A stretch of DNA of 64,000 nt from Eledone cirrhosa (Eukaryota): positions 307,706,001 to 307,770,000 of the forward strand of contig OZ024740.1 of assembly GCA_964016885.1 (NCBI GenBank). The letters run 5' to 3'. Below, one piece after another: positions 24,655-37,829 of this stretch. Both the position numbers and the translations under genes were made by a program. Position 1 is the first letter of the stretch. Every line of letters begins with the position of its first letter. Below the pieces are notes generated by a model. That model ran no database searches, was not told the origin of the DNA, and saw only the letters and a list, made by a program, of their open reading frames with translations.

Positions 24655-25795
24655 GTTAAAGATGACCATGACTTCAAAGTGGAAGATCTTTGGCTGCAGG
24701 TCAAGAGGTGACTGATGAGGCCATTCCAGGTCCAGAAACCACTGTAAATGTGGGTATGTGCTGCAGTGGAAGTGAATGTGGCCTGTGCCTTGGGTGCAGA
24801 GCATTTCCTCTGAGACTACGCTGCACTCTCAAATATTTTGCTTTCAAGGTTGAGTAATCTAGAGCAAGTGATTCCCAGCTGCTGGGATTGTTATTGAGGT
24901 CTTTGAGGGGCACTTTTATATAGTTTTTTTCAGTCCACCAACTGAGTGCTTGCCCTGACTCAGCTCTCCATAAAGTAGCTAATTAAGTAGCCAGCTGTCA
25001 GGCATTCTGACAACATGACCTGTCCATCTGACTTGGACCTTCTGTCGGAGGGTGTGGACACTGTAAGTGTGAGCTCATTTCAAGACCTTTGTGCCTGAGA
25101 CTTGTTCTGCCACCATATGTGGAGAGGTATGTGGAAGCAGATCAAGTGGAAACTTTCAGTTTATTAGTGAAGCTGTGTCTGCTCCCATACATTTTTGAGG
25201 AGCCTCCCAAAGGCAGCACTGGTTTGAGCAATTTTATCTCTGCATCTATGTTTGCCATTCATGAAATGGTACTTCCAGAAAGGTGAGGCCATCAGCTGCA
25301 TGTAACTTCTGTCCATTCACTGTAATGTCTGGTTCATGGTAGGGCTTTCCAGGTTTAAGCATGTACATAACTTCAGTTTTATTGATGTTGACTGTGAGTA
25401 CAAAGTTGCTACAGGCTTGTGAGAAGCAGTCAATTTTTAATCACATCTTAAGCTGTGAGCTAGCATTGAAAGCACAATCATCAGCAAATAAGAAGTCACT
25501 GATGACAATCTCTTTTACTTTTGTGACAGTCTTTAGACACTGGAGGTTAAATAGCTTATCACCAGTCCTGTACTGAATGTGTATGTCATTCTGGCAATCG
25601 CAGATGGCATCATGCAGTATAGTAAGTAGAGAAGACCATACAGAAAAGTGTAGGGAAAAAACACATCCTTTCTTCACACTATTTGTCAATGCAAAGGCTT
25701 CTGACTCATTATCATTTTCCCAAATTTTCACCATCATACAATCATGGAACCTTCTTACAACTATGATGAATCTGCTGGGACAGCCACATTTTTCC
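24655..25795 (-). mobile_element. RTE-BovB-like LINE 3' half (RT remnant)
   Basis: ORF 25441-25905: GCPSRFIIVVRRFHDCMM...TNSVKKGCV...IQYRTGDKLFNL...DFLFADDCAF, continuing TVNINKTEVM..PGKPYHEPDITVNGQKL; frameshifts and stops. Confidence 0.85.
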
Positions 25796-27169
25796 ATTAA
25801 TTTTCCTCCATATACCATTAGATGCCACTCATTTACACTAAAGGCCATTCTGCTCCTCTCTCTAGTAACAGACAACCCAAATCCTGTTCTTGTCCCCTCT
25901 GGCACTCCCTATCACTGTCCTCCCAGCCAGGCCAAGGATGCAAATGTAATAGTGTTGAAATATAGTGGTAGTAGTACCAAAATAACATGCACTCAGCTCA
26001 CACTGGAAGGTGGTGGTGTCATGATAAAATGCACCAAGCCCACACTCTAAAGTAGTAGTGCTGGTTCCACGAAAAAACACCCATGCCATCCTGTTAGGTG
26101 ATAGTAGTGGTACCATGAGAAACCCAACCCAGTATACACCATGAAGTGATTAGTATTAGGAAGAGCATCCAGCCATAGACACCATGCCAAAATGGAATGT
26201 ATGAGCAAGACAAAGTTGTTTGACCTATCTGTGTAGCTTCAATGCATGGCAACTGATCTAACTTAGGCAGTCAAGGAAAATAGACATGAAATGATGATAA
26301 TTATGTAGCCAAAGTAAGTTTACAAAAGTTGCATAAAATTAAGTTCCATGTGGGGAATAACAGCAAACTTGTAATTCAAACATAACCACAACATTTAGAA
26401 TTTTTAATAGATTTATCTGAATTCAATAAAATACTATGGAGTATATTAAATACCTTCTATTTATGTTTTATTGTTCAGCACAATGAAACAGATCACTTTC
26501 TCTCATCATGTATTAGAAGAATTTATGAATTGTATGCAAATAAGAGTGGCAGAAATGGCACAGAGTAAAGAGTTGAATTAGTTATTTTGTATTAAATGAG
26601 ATGCCACATGCTTCTGCATTAGCAGGAGAAGCTTTACATATCTTTCCTTTGAGATTAATACAATAAGTACCAGTAATATACTGGTCTAGTTGACTGAAGG
26701 AACTATTTCATGTAAATGGCTAACACCATTCAAAAATACTAAAATATTTAAAAGAATATAATTAAATTAACAGAGAAATCTATCAAGATGAATGATGTTA
26801 AGTGAAAATTAAAGTTACATTTTAATATACTCACCATCAGCAGATAAAAGTGCTTTAAGTATCCATATTAAAACATAGGTATATGTGAAAATAGAAATTA
26901 CAGAGTCATGGAGAGCTTTTAGTAATAGTACTAAGAAAAGTATGAGATGACTATCTCTGTCACAGGTCAAAGAATAAGATGACCTTCAGATAAGAAAGTC
27001 AGCTATGAATAAATTAGATAAGTAGTCATATACTAACTGTTGCTAAATTCTGTGTACCTTATAAAATCTTTGATGTGTGGTACATATGAAGCCCAAAGAC
27101 CTGAGTCAGTAGTAACTTAAAACACTTCAACAATCAGATACCAAAAGAAGCTGAGCTCTCTTCCTTTGT

Positions 27170-27370
27170 TATTGTTGGCTCCAGGTTAACTATGATTAGA
27201 CCTATGAGCAAAACCTTTCAAGTTGTCACCATCCTGACTTTTTCCCCAGACATAGTGTATCAATAGCCACATTCTTGAATGTCTCCTATCTTTTTAATGA
27301 TCAAGGTGTCATTTGAGAGACCTTTACAGCTATTTCTAGCAAGTAGAGTTATAGAGGATCGTTCAAGTTT
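27170..27370 (+). mobile_element. Short interspersed repeat family (unclassified)
   Basis: Motifs CCAGGT..AGACCTATGA.CAAA and GCTATTTCTAGCA recur at ~37190-37365(-), ~52770-52950 and ~53710-53870. Confidence 0.55.
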
Positions 27371-28269
27371 GTCTTATCTGCATGTTTCTTGGAATTTGAA
27401 TAGTAAGAGTTGAATATTTTCTTAAACGGGAATTAGCCTTGAAGAAAAATTAATGCAACTCATCATTATCATCATCACCGTTTTACGTCCGTTCTTCCAC
27501 GCTAGCATGGGTTAGACAGGTTGTCCTGTTGTAGGCAGTGTCTAGTCGGCTGACCATGCCTTGCTCATACAGGAAAACAATGATATATTGATAATAGTCT
27601 TTGATGAAAAGTACCATAATTAAATGCTGGATTTATGTTCAGCTAAAATGGAAGACAAATGAGTTCAATAGAAGAAGTATTTTTATTATTTAATTAATTG
27701 GTAGAGAATTAGACAAAATCCTCCATGGTATTTACTTCCTTTTTCTTATATTCTGAGTTTGGAATCAATTTTGTTTTTATCCTTCTAGTGTCAATAAAAG
27801 AAGTACCAGTGAATTATTATTTACAACTGATTCATTGACTATATCCCTATCCTAACCCTCAAATGTATCACATTGTGCCAATGTTAAAGAAGATCCTTAT
27901 TAGTTAGTTTGGAGGCAAAGTACTCAAGACCAGTGAAGGACTTTTCATAGTGGTGAGGCCGATGTTAAGTTTCAACTTCTGTATATCAATGTTTGTATAT
28001 AGAAAAATGTATGAATAGAAAGGACTAAATCTTGGGGGGAATGATTAGGTGAAGGGTTTACTGCAGGATCTGAAGGGAGTGAAATTTATTATCGTGCACT
28101 AAGTGGTCAAGAAGAGAACTGGTATACAGCATGTAAAGCCAGAGAAGCAAAAATAAAAATAAACAGTACAACAGTGGGATAATCATAGTAGTATTTGATG
28201 GTTGAATCTTTCTTAATTACATGGACAGATTTGTTTTGTATATTTCTACTATGTTTATGAGTGTAGCAG

Positions 28270-28410
28270 TAGTACCAATATTCCAATACGGACCTTACTT
28301 GAGTTTTGTAGAAAGTTATTGGCAAATTAAGACAGAAGTCTTTTGTGGGGCTTAGGAAGCCTGGTCTTTGTACTACAGATTTAGTAAAGTTATATGTGTG
28401 AAGTACTCAT
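28270..28410 (-). mobile_element. CR1/L2-group LINE remnant
   Basis: ITFYKTQVRSVLEY in ORF 28107-28325 matches the post-RT LYK.QVRP.LEYC motif of CR1-group LINEs. Confidence 0.5.
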
Positions 28411-29397
28411 TAAATTTTGTAGTGAAATCATCACTGTGTAAAATTTTCTGTTTACGAAGAAAATGCCGCTGTCAACAACACAAGTTAAAATAGTTATGAC
28501 ATCATCACTAGAAATAGCGATGATGACACCTACAGGTATTTAAGCAAAGAAACAGCCAAAACTCTCTTTCTGTTGTCTCTCAGGCTCTGGTTGAGAGACT
28601 TTGGTTGTGGCAGTCACTGCAATAGCCAATCTGCATCTGTGAAGTCCCGTCACGGTACCCAAACCACATCTCCGCATGCACACAGTGACACACAAATTCC
28701 AATCCACCTCAACAAAATACTCACATCTATAAACACTATATTTCAACAACATGTCAATGAAACACTCTAACCAACAGAACACCTCAACAACCAACATTTC
28801 CTTGTTAAAAGTTCATCAGAGATTATACGGCCTAGCATTTGTAAAGAAATTTGTGTCTCAGAAACTAATAAGTCAATATTAGAAGCAATAAAATAAAGTA
28901 ACATACACAATTGTCTTTTAATTATAGCATTCCTTTACTAAGAGAGGAGATACGTTTTCAGTGATTTGAATTTGTGACATGATTAAAACCATTCCTTTTT
29001 GTCATATAAGTAATGAACTTAAGAAAATGTTTCATTTTCTTTTCCTTAGATTATCTCTATTTTATGTTCATGTAAGAAACAAAACAACAGAATATATTTT
29101 TAAAATAAAACTATTCATTTCACAAATGTTAGTTTTGGTATTTAACTAATTAAATGTTAACTAAGCTGAATATTTTAAAAGGAGAAACAAAACTATAATC
29201 TAAACTATAATAAAGTAAGAAGCGCGGGACTGCATACGGTTTATAATTTTTTATCCCTTTAGTAAAATAAGTTGGATTACTTTGAATAAATAATGAATGA
29301 ATATTACATAATTTATCTACTAAATTTCGTGGCTGTTCATTAAATATATTTTATTATTTATTTAAAGATTCACTTCTTTAAAATTTTCAAATGTCAA

Positions 29398-29407
29398 CAC
29401 TTCCGGT
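29398..29407 (-). promoter_or_regulatory. ETS-family (GABPA/ELK-type) consensus site ACCGGAAGTG
   Basis: Exact 10-mer CACTTCCGGT in non-repeat sequence with nearby retained CpGs; function not shown. Confidence 0.3.
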
Positions 29408-29632
29408 GGCGATTGCTTAAATAAACATTAATTTTCTGTCACTAATTTTCTCCTAATGCAGTTTATATATAATATCGTCTTTTTTTAATGTATCATGGAT
29501 TATGTTACTGATTACATAAGACAGTGTAACAGTCTACAGTCTCTCTTCAATTTCTGTGTACATTGTCAATTACGATTCTATTTGATGTATCATATCTACT
29601 TGCGTATAATATCAATATACACACTACACATG

Positions 29633-29670
29633 CTAGCAGAAAACCACCCGAAGGGTGGTTTTTCTGCTAG
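29633..29670. repeat. Palindromic GC-rich hairpin, Helitron-3'-end-like
   Basis: CTAGCAGAAAACCACCC-GAA-GGGTGGTTTTTCTGCTAG followed by T; 17-bp stem with one bulge. Confidence 0.6.
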
Positions 29671-31489
29671 TATTATTAATGTGGGAAGTAATTCTTATAT
29701 AGCAAACAAACAAAAAATAAATGTCAATACTGGAATCAATTCTAAGATAAATGTAAAAACCAATGCAATTCTATTGGATCTTAAATAGATATTCTAGATT
29801 GGAATACAGATTATTAATACTACAAATGTGAAAGAATGGCAAGAGATTAAAGTTTTAGACTTCAAAAATGTCTTTGTGAAATATTTTCAACATTTCTGCA
29901 AAGTGTAAAATCCCAACAGAGAAAAACTTTTAATCCTAGTGGGTTGATACTTTTAGATCTCTTCATCTTTAGTTGAGTGTTCAGAAAAAATACTCAAAGA
30001 TTAAAAATTTTCTAACAACAGGCTTGAGAATAAGCTGCACTCCTCCCCTCAAAATATGTTACTGCAATAATTTAGAATAATATGTAAGTTTAACCCAAAA
30101 GATATTGGCCACATACATACAAAAGAGGTAAGAAATGTTCTGACAGAAGCACAATGAAGAACGATAGTAAATGTTAAGATCATAACCATAGGTCAAAATA
30201 GGTGATAAGCTAGTAGGCTATTTCAGTTTATACATTTGATTAATTTCAGTAAAATTCAAACAAAATTAGTTTACAGTTGTCATAATGTAAATAGTTTCAT
30301 AAATATATCAGCTAATGTTACAGTAGTTCTATGTCCAGTTCCTTTTACTTCTTACATATATACCATTTCTTATTCTCAGTAAATCTATTTTTTTAATATA
30401 GTGATGCCACTCAATGTTTTGTAGTATTTGGCAGTAATGGATATATTTTCTACACACTCAAGAGGCTCTACCAATCTCAACCACACATATATCATCATAT
30501 GTGACCTGCCATCTATATGATGGTAACATTTTAAATTTTTTTTCCTTGTTGTTTCTATCCTTCTTATTAACTCTTAATGTCCTGCACTGCATGACATCAC
30601 ATTAGCAAGACATTCTTGAAAATATAAAGCAGCACACTGACAGTATCACAGTAAAAATTTAAGTCTTTACTTTAATTTACTACAAATGTTCATAACTATC
30701 TGGCCAACAGTAAAGATACAACAAACATTCTTTATAGATATTTTCTGTTAAATCATTATAGGATGTTAAGAGTAAAATTTATTTCCATCTCATTTTCTTT
30801 TCCCCTCAGTTCTTTATCACCCAATTTATTTCCTCTCATATTTACTCAATATTTCCTTCCCATTCATTTTTCAACTCTAGGTTTAGGAAAGATAGGAATC
30901 CTGAAACCCAAGTAACAAAACTGGAGTCCAGTGACTGGTGAAATAGTAATTAGACAATAAAAATGACTGCCAAAATCAATATACTAAAGAGGCAACTTAT
31001 GGATTTACACACATCAAGCTACTAGTGTGCATAGCAAGGGTGATGATATCAGGTTTGAGTAATGTGAGCTCTCTTATTAAGCAATCTCACCATTCTTGTT
31101 CTTTAGCTAATTGATAATATAAATCCAATGACAAGTAGAGTTTGAAAAGTAGGAGAGATATTGACACATAAGTAAACTACACATATGTTGCAGTTAGATG
31201 AGACAGGTCTATAGGCTCGACTGGTCGTGGGAAGAAGATTTCTAAGATCTTTTAGATAGGTAATAACTGCAATCTTGGTTAAGAAATAACCAAATAGCCA
31301 TTAACTCCTGCACATGTGGCACATGTGGAATCCAAAAGCCATAGTGAAAACAACCTGACTAGGAGAGCAGTAACTGATTAAAAACGACTGCACAGGGCAG
31401 ACATGGACTCCATAAGCCGTAGTGAAGGCAACCTGTCTCGAACAGTAGACACTCCAAACAAAAAAATGATATAGGGTGGCAAGGACTCT

Positions 31490-31825
31490 TGAATCCAGTA
31501 AAACAACCTCTCTAGTGCTGGTGGTACGAATAATGTACCCAGTCCATGTTGTAAAATGGTTGGTGATAGGAAGGGCAGCCAGCCAGAAAAAATATGTCCA
31601 AAATTATGGAAACCACAACAAATAAGAATCCCACTAATTGCATATACAGGGCTAACACTAGTCATGTTAGTACTGTGCATGGTACTAGGGTAGCTAGAAC
31701 TCCTTGATCATCATCGAGCAATTGCACAGCCTTTTTCTCTTCCAGGTACATAGATCTTCTACTCAAGGAAGTAACTACTGTCAAAATACAAATCTCAGGA
31801 CTGCCACCCTCAATGTTGGCTCCCT
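31490..31825 (+). mobile_element. RTE LINE 5' end fragment (5' UTR plus EN start)
   Basis: QVHRSSTQGSNYCQNTNLRTATLNVG matches the EN start at 41727; preceded by the GGTTGGTGATAGGAAGGGCAGCCAGCC module. Confidence 0.7.
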
Positions 31826-32439
31826 AACATTACACATCCATGGAAATATGGATGAAGAAATCACGGGTAAAGTAAATCAGCTGACTAATGACTTCAAGCT
31901 GAATGCAACTGAGAACTAGTGATATATAAATGGTTATGAACACAAAGTATAACCCTAAATAGAATCTAACTCAATATAGATTTGTAATGAAAATAGGAAA
32001 GTCTTAACTATGAATAAAAGGATGTGAGTGTCATTATGTATGCTAGAAAATTGTTTATATAGACAGTATGACAAAATCTCAAACATAAAGGACGACAGAG
32101 TCTTTAAAGAACATTCTGAAAAGTAAGTTCTGTTATTAGGATACAGATCCACCCAAGTAGCAGGAAAAATAATAGTAGAATAGCATAGTAGTAGGATAAA
32201 AAATATAGTTTGGAAAGAGTGGAAGAAAAGACTAGCAGCAAGCAGAAGTAATGCAAAAAATTTACAAGATCAAAGGAAATTCATTTGTGACCATTTTATT
32301 TTCTGATTGTCTTGTATTAGCTTTGTTGAAAAGAATAGATAAAGTCTATGGTCTGCTTGGAGATGAGAATAAGGCCTACCTCCCTAACCATTATATACCT
32401 TCTAAACAAACAAAATGATTTGGTATATCGGTTTGTTTT

Positions 32440-32921
32440 CTATTACAGCACTGGCGGTTTAGCTTTGCGATGAAGAAAGAAAGACACCAAGAAAAGGTAA
32501 TTGGAAAAGCAAGTTAATGGCAGTGAAACAATGATAACCAAAAATGAGTGGAGTGTGACCTTGATAAATGTATAGTATTAACTTGTGTGAAAAAATTGAG
32601 TTGAGTGAGAAGCTGGGCATGAATAGCATTGGCAAGAGAAATAAGCATACTGGTATAAATGAATAGGCAAAGGAGATGGATGAAATATGCTGATTGGAAA
32701 AATGTAATTGAGATAAGTTAAGGAAACCTTAGAGTGAAGTAGTTAGGGCAGCTACAAGAAGAATGGGCCTCAATGATGAAGACCATGACAGATGGAAAGA
32801 TGCTATTTAATTAACCAACTGGAAAATAAATGTTAAGAAAATGATTGTTTAAATTTAATTTATTCTCATTACATTACTTGCAAGCAGGGAAAAGCAGACG
32901 TAAAATGATGATGATGATGAT
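32440..32921 (+). mobile_element. Very degraded RTE 3' region plus tail
   Basis: GLALR...NGSET spacing (63 nt) equals GFSLR...HGSET of the 39740 copy; tail GCAAGCAGGGAAAAGCAGACGTAAAATGATGATG nearly identical to 40170-40203. Confidence 0.5.
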
Positions 32922-34039
32922 AAGCTTTTTATGAGTCTGAAATGAAATTGAATTATTCTTGTTCATGTTAAGAGAATGGTAAAGATAATTTATTAGTTAA
33001 AAAGGAAGATAAAATATCTGTAGTTTCGGCCTAATAGTGGTTTTAGGAGAAAAATAATTAAAATATGTTGTGAAACTAGTAAAGTAAATTATAATTTGTT
33101 CAGTAACTTACTATAATGTGGACTCAATATGAAAAACACATTTTCTTCATATCTTTTCTTGCACTAGAAAGTAAAGAAATTAAATCTCAAATATATTAAT
33201 GGAAAACAAGAGAAAAACATTCCTTATACATCCAAATCCATTACCAATACATTGACAATCTATATTGCTTTAAATTTACTAATTTCAAATACAAGATATG
33301 GATTTATTTACAAATATCTGATGAAGTTTCTTCTAAATGTTTTACCTTAATCTTAAGTTCAATTAAGTTGAAATCATGTTTTTCTTTAAAAAAAACTAAC
33401 TTTAAAGAAGAATTTCAAAATAATGCATTATCTAGCATATATCTCACAATCTTTTTTGATATCAATTGCCAAAGTTAAATAATTATTAATCTAATTTAAT
33501 CTAATATCTAATTCTTGTTTATTTTTCTTCCAACCCTGCAAATGTCATCCAACCCCATTTTCATCAAGCTTTGCTTTGCGTATTATAATTATCTAGAGAC
33601 ATGTGCTTCTGAAATAATTTCAGTTGCATACTAAATCAAAAAACAAATGCCCTCAGTGATTTGTAAAGTTCAAGTCATGAAATTCATAACTTTAAAATTG
33701 CCCTAATACATTAATAACTCATGAGGTGGGGACATATTTTAATACTTTGTAAGATCTCTGTTACAATTTCAACATAGTTTTCTTAATGCTCTCCACCTAT
33801 ATTTCATAAATTTGTTAATATTTCTAAAATTTTACTGTTTCATGTCAATATATTTTAATTTTCATTTAAAGCCAAAAGAAACTGTGTCTTTCATATAATA
33901 TAATATATTAATAAGTTAATCAATTTTAAAATCCTCTCTGGTTATATATTTTTTGTAAAATATCTTGTTCCTGTATTTTTTTTTATATTCCAATATCATC
34001 CTGAGTCTATAGAAATATTAATTTAATTAAATATTTAGT

Positions 34040-34590
34040 AGTTGCAGTGAAGCAGGCAGAGAAGTTCAAGTATCTCAGGGCCATGTTCATGAGTGATGGA
34101 CGGCAGGAGACCGAATTGCAGGAGCTGGTGCAGTAATGTGCCAATTTCAGCATTCGGTAGTATGAAGAAGGAAGGTGGGCGCAAAAGCCAAACTCATTAT
34201 CTTCAATTCAGTTTTTGGGCCAACCCTTACCTATGGTCATGAATATTGGATAATGACCAAATTCAAACAGCTGAAATGGGGTATGTTACTTGATAGAATG
34301 CGTAGATCAGAGATCAGAGAGTCACTACTTCTCCGAATTGGGAGATCACAGCTCTGATATTACGGGCATGTCATTAGAATGCTTCAGGAAAGAATTGCTG
34401 GACAGATTTTACAGGCAAAACCAACTGGCAGGAGACCCAGGGGTAGACCCAAAGCAAGATGGTTGGATAACATCCATGAGCTTGGGGATCCTGCTGAATC
34501 GGTTGGAGATGGTTGCTTCTAACAGGACCTGCTGGAAGGAGTGTTTGAGGACTGCCTCCTTGACCTTCTCAGGAATAAGTGGGTGAAGAA
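34040..34590 (+). mobile_element. RTE-clade LINE 3' fragment (second family)
   Basis: LQ*SRQ/EKFKYLRAMFMSDG, AKAKLIIFNSVFGPTLTYGHEYWIMT, IGRSQL*YYGHVIRM and RRPRGRPKARWLD motifs. Confidence 0.75.
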
Positions 34591-34629
34591 GAAGTAGTAG
34601 TAGTAGTATCTCATTTTTCCAATTCAGCA

Positions 34630-35000
34630 AATGTTATCTGACCTGGTCTCCTTGGTACACCTGCCTTTCCCTATCCTACCATCACCTTCCATAAAGATGA
34701 GTTTTATACACGGTCTTCTTAGAAAGGGTAGTAATACCGTGTAGATGGCTCCCAAGTTGCTCCTTCATAAGAGATGGCGACGTGAATAGACTTGTTTTTT
34801 CTCTAGAAAACCTATTTTTCGTTTCTGTCACTGCCCAGTCTTACCAATCTTTCTATTTCTTCTTTATGAAGGACAAGCATCTGAAACATTAAAACTCTTT
34901 TCCTACTATATCAGGCGTAAAACTAATAATATATTTCTTCATTGTACTTCTGTTAGCCTTTTGCATATATATATATTTGTACATTACCCTATGTACTATA
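34630..35000 (+). mobile_element. Possible Penelope-like 3' remnant
   Basis: Degenerate hammerhead-like TTATGAAGGACAAGCATCTGAAACATTA at ~34864-34891 followed by a T-rich tail and TA tract. Confidence 0.3.
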
Positions 35001-35524
35001 CATACACTTTTGATGAATTGTAGTGCACCTGAGCACTGTACACAATATTTTCATTATTATCATTATTATATATATATATATATATAATCATCATCATCAT
35101 TTAACATCCATTTGCCATGCTAGCTTAGGTTGGATGGATTGTCACAGTCCAAGTAAGTAATGAATCTTAGCTACTATCCTCACAGACAGGCTAGGTATGG
35201 TTGCAATTCACATAATTCCTCCACTTTATAGTGTACATGAGCGTATTATTATTTATACATTTTTCTGACGTTCTTGTAAACTTGATCTCTATTGCCTAAC
35301 TAAAGGCCAATGGTCACCTCATCCCTTCATTTGTCTTTAGACAATACTGGATTATTTAGTGATTGGTCATAGTTTGGCAGGTGCTAGTGTCTGGTGGTAA
35401 ATAGAAAATAAATCAATAACACCCTAAGTGAAAACATCTAGCATGTGTGAAAACTCTCCTGACTTCTGTCAAGTGATTACACAAACCCTTCCTTTTATGT
35501 TCAGAAAAACAAGCCACCCATGCA

Positions 35525-36850
35525 ATCTCTTCCTATTAGGTCTGAAATTTCAGTTGTTAATATCAACGTTGGTGTAATGAAAGGTAGACTTAGAAATGTC
35601 ATGGAAATGTATGCTGTGTGCAAAAGGTAAGATAGAGAGGATCTTCAGCCAGACTCATCATGTATAAGAAACCTAGGTACAAGCTATTTTGGGTGGGTGG
35701 TGCAGGTATGCTAATGGCAGAAAATGGGTGGATAAGGTACTTGAGTTAGTTGGTGCGTGAAATAGGATAATTAAGTTTAGACTAATCTTGAGCAATACAT
35801 AACATTTTAAGTCAGTTTTCTATGATAGCATGGGTTGAATGAGTCATCATGGTTCATGGCAAGACAAGTGAGGAAGACACATTTTGCTCATAAATTCCAT
35901 AATTTGGGTGGTTTCTACAGCTGAATGCCTTCTTACATCAACCCCTTTCTAGAGTGTACTGGGTGCATTTTGTTGATACATCATCAATATGTTTAGTCTA
36001 CTGTAAAGCTAAGAGTGAGCTCTGCACTCCAAGCAGCCTCTGTTGTCTCACCATAATTAGAGTTGGAGTGCTTGTATTGGTAAGTCACCAATCAACAGAA
36101 TCCCTAGTTTCTTGAGGTCATTCTTCACAACATCATTGCATGTCTTTTTAAGTTTTTCTCTTCCTTAGCACATTTTATACAGCTGTCACTCTCCTCATGC
36201 ATCATATCACTATACCAGTGCAATCGTTTTTCTTGCACACTATATCTGATTTCTCTTAAAATCAATTCTGCTTCGTTGTTCAAGCACACTAACATTACAC
36301 ATCCAGCAGAGCAAACATGTTTCATTCTTTTCCTCCATTTATTGCAAATCTCCTGTACTTAGGGCCCATGTCTCACTACCATGTAGCATAACAATTTACA
36401 TGCTAAATTTCTCACTGAATTCATTGCCAACTCTTACTTTTGTGTGGTCATCTGATCAGTAAGGAATCAAGTGGCTGGATGATTTTGTGAAGTTAGTGTT
36501 GCAAATGATTCAGTCGTTTGCATCACATAACTCCATACACCTTGATCCCACCTCATTCTTTGTACTATATCTAAAGCCTCCATATATGCTGGAGTAGTCA
36601 TTACAGGGTTACTCAGCATGTTTATAAAAATCATCACCATGATAATGAGGTTGCAGTCATATGTTCTTATGGTGGTCTGCAGGAAGGCCTCATAGTAATG
36701 GTCTTTTTGATTGGTATGAAAATGTAGAAATCACTATCTCAATTACCTTGTCTATCCATTTCTCTGCCAACAAAATGCCTACTCCACCCAACCCAATGAT
36801 GTTGCCTATTCAGAAGAATGTGTACTTGTGTTTCTTGCTCCTTTTATCTA
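35525..36850. mobile_element. Mixed RTE fragments (EN + at ~35525-35790; C-terminal - at ~36110-36420; EN - at ~36620-36850)
   Basis: SVVNINVG and KWVDKVLE motifs on +; REIRYSVQEKRLHWY on -; GVGILLAEKWIDKVIE on -. Confidence 0.55.
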
Positions 36851-37599
36851 GTCAATAAATATTCCATGCATGCATCATTTACTGCTGTAACCAATAAAGA
36901 AAAACTCAATGAATGAAGGAAGAGCAATTAATTTCCATTTCTTAGCAGTTACATATTTACTATTTTCAACATGAAATTTGAGAGCAGATTTTCTAAAATT
37001 AAAATGGAAATCTGTTACTGATTGACATTAAAGACCTTGAGTTATTTCTAGAAGTAACAAAATAACAGATTTGGACAAACTAAAGTTTAATGAAAGTATG
37101 AACTATAAAGTAATATCAATATTCTAAAAGTTAGGTTTGGTGTATAATTTTTAAAATGTCTTGACCAAATTTTGAAGTGACACAGGAAGTATCTATGTAG
37201 TCACATGATCTTCTAAATATTTCCTTCAAATACACCTTACCATTTTAAAAATGAAGGAGGAGAAACATGGGTAATGTAATTCTAGATATAGAAAAAGACA
37301 GGGTTGTCATTGTTGGAATGCCTTTGATCAGAAATCAGCTCAATCAGGGATGATCTGGGCCAAAACAACACAGACATTACAAAACAGAACATTGTAAGGT
37401 ATTCAAGAGATACAAACTTTGGCTCAAGTTGGTTACTGTAGAGAGTTACAAAAGGAAAGCAGTCATTAACAAAGCAGGGTAAAACACCAACTTAATGCAC
37501 AGATATAATGCATACTTTATAAAATTGATCTACTCCCATATTACAAAACAGATGGCTTGGATTAACAATTTACGATTTAGTTGCTTCATTTATTTTCTT

Positions 37600-37743
37600 A
37601 AAAAAAAACCCCCAATGCAATGGGTCTAAAAAAAACCCCCAATGCAATGGGTCTAAAAAAAACCCCAATGCAATGGGTCTAAAAAAAAAACCCAATGCAA
37701 TGGGCCTAAAAAAAAAACCCAATGCAATGGGTCTAAAAAAAAA
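37600..37743. repeat. Five-copy ~27-bp tandem repeat A(8-10)C(3-5)AATGCAATGGG(T/C)CT
   Basis: Directly visible. Confidence 0.95.
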
Positions 37744-37829
37744 CTAATTAGAAATTCTTATGCAGTAAGGAAAACACAACATTAACATATCTAATATTAT
37801 TTTAATAACTTTGGCAAGTATGACAGATA

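Noticed and set aside
24712-24746. Hammerhead-like CTGATGA-GGCC..GGTC-CA-GAAAC..GTA
   Set aside because: Two extra nucleotides before GAAA, no stem I, and it is the antisense of the RTE C-terminal coding sequence.
26835-26956. Minus-strand hydrophobic exon ending at G|GTGAGTA
   Set aside because: Weak acceptor, no start codon in the open frame, and hydrophobicity is expected from T-rich DNA.
29633-29670. Bidirectional rho-independent terminator
   Set aside because: Eukaryotic context with no bacterial genes nearby; a Helitron-like or foldback origin is more plausible.
32449-32496. Attractive 48-nt plus-strand exon (TATTACAG|...AAG|GTAATT; HWRFSFAMKKERHQEK)
   Set aside because: It is colinear with a decayed RTE segment (63-nt spacing to the GSET motif matches the intact copy); exonisation is possible but unsupported.
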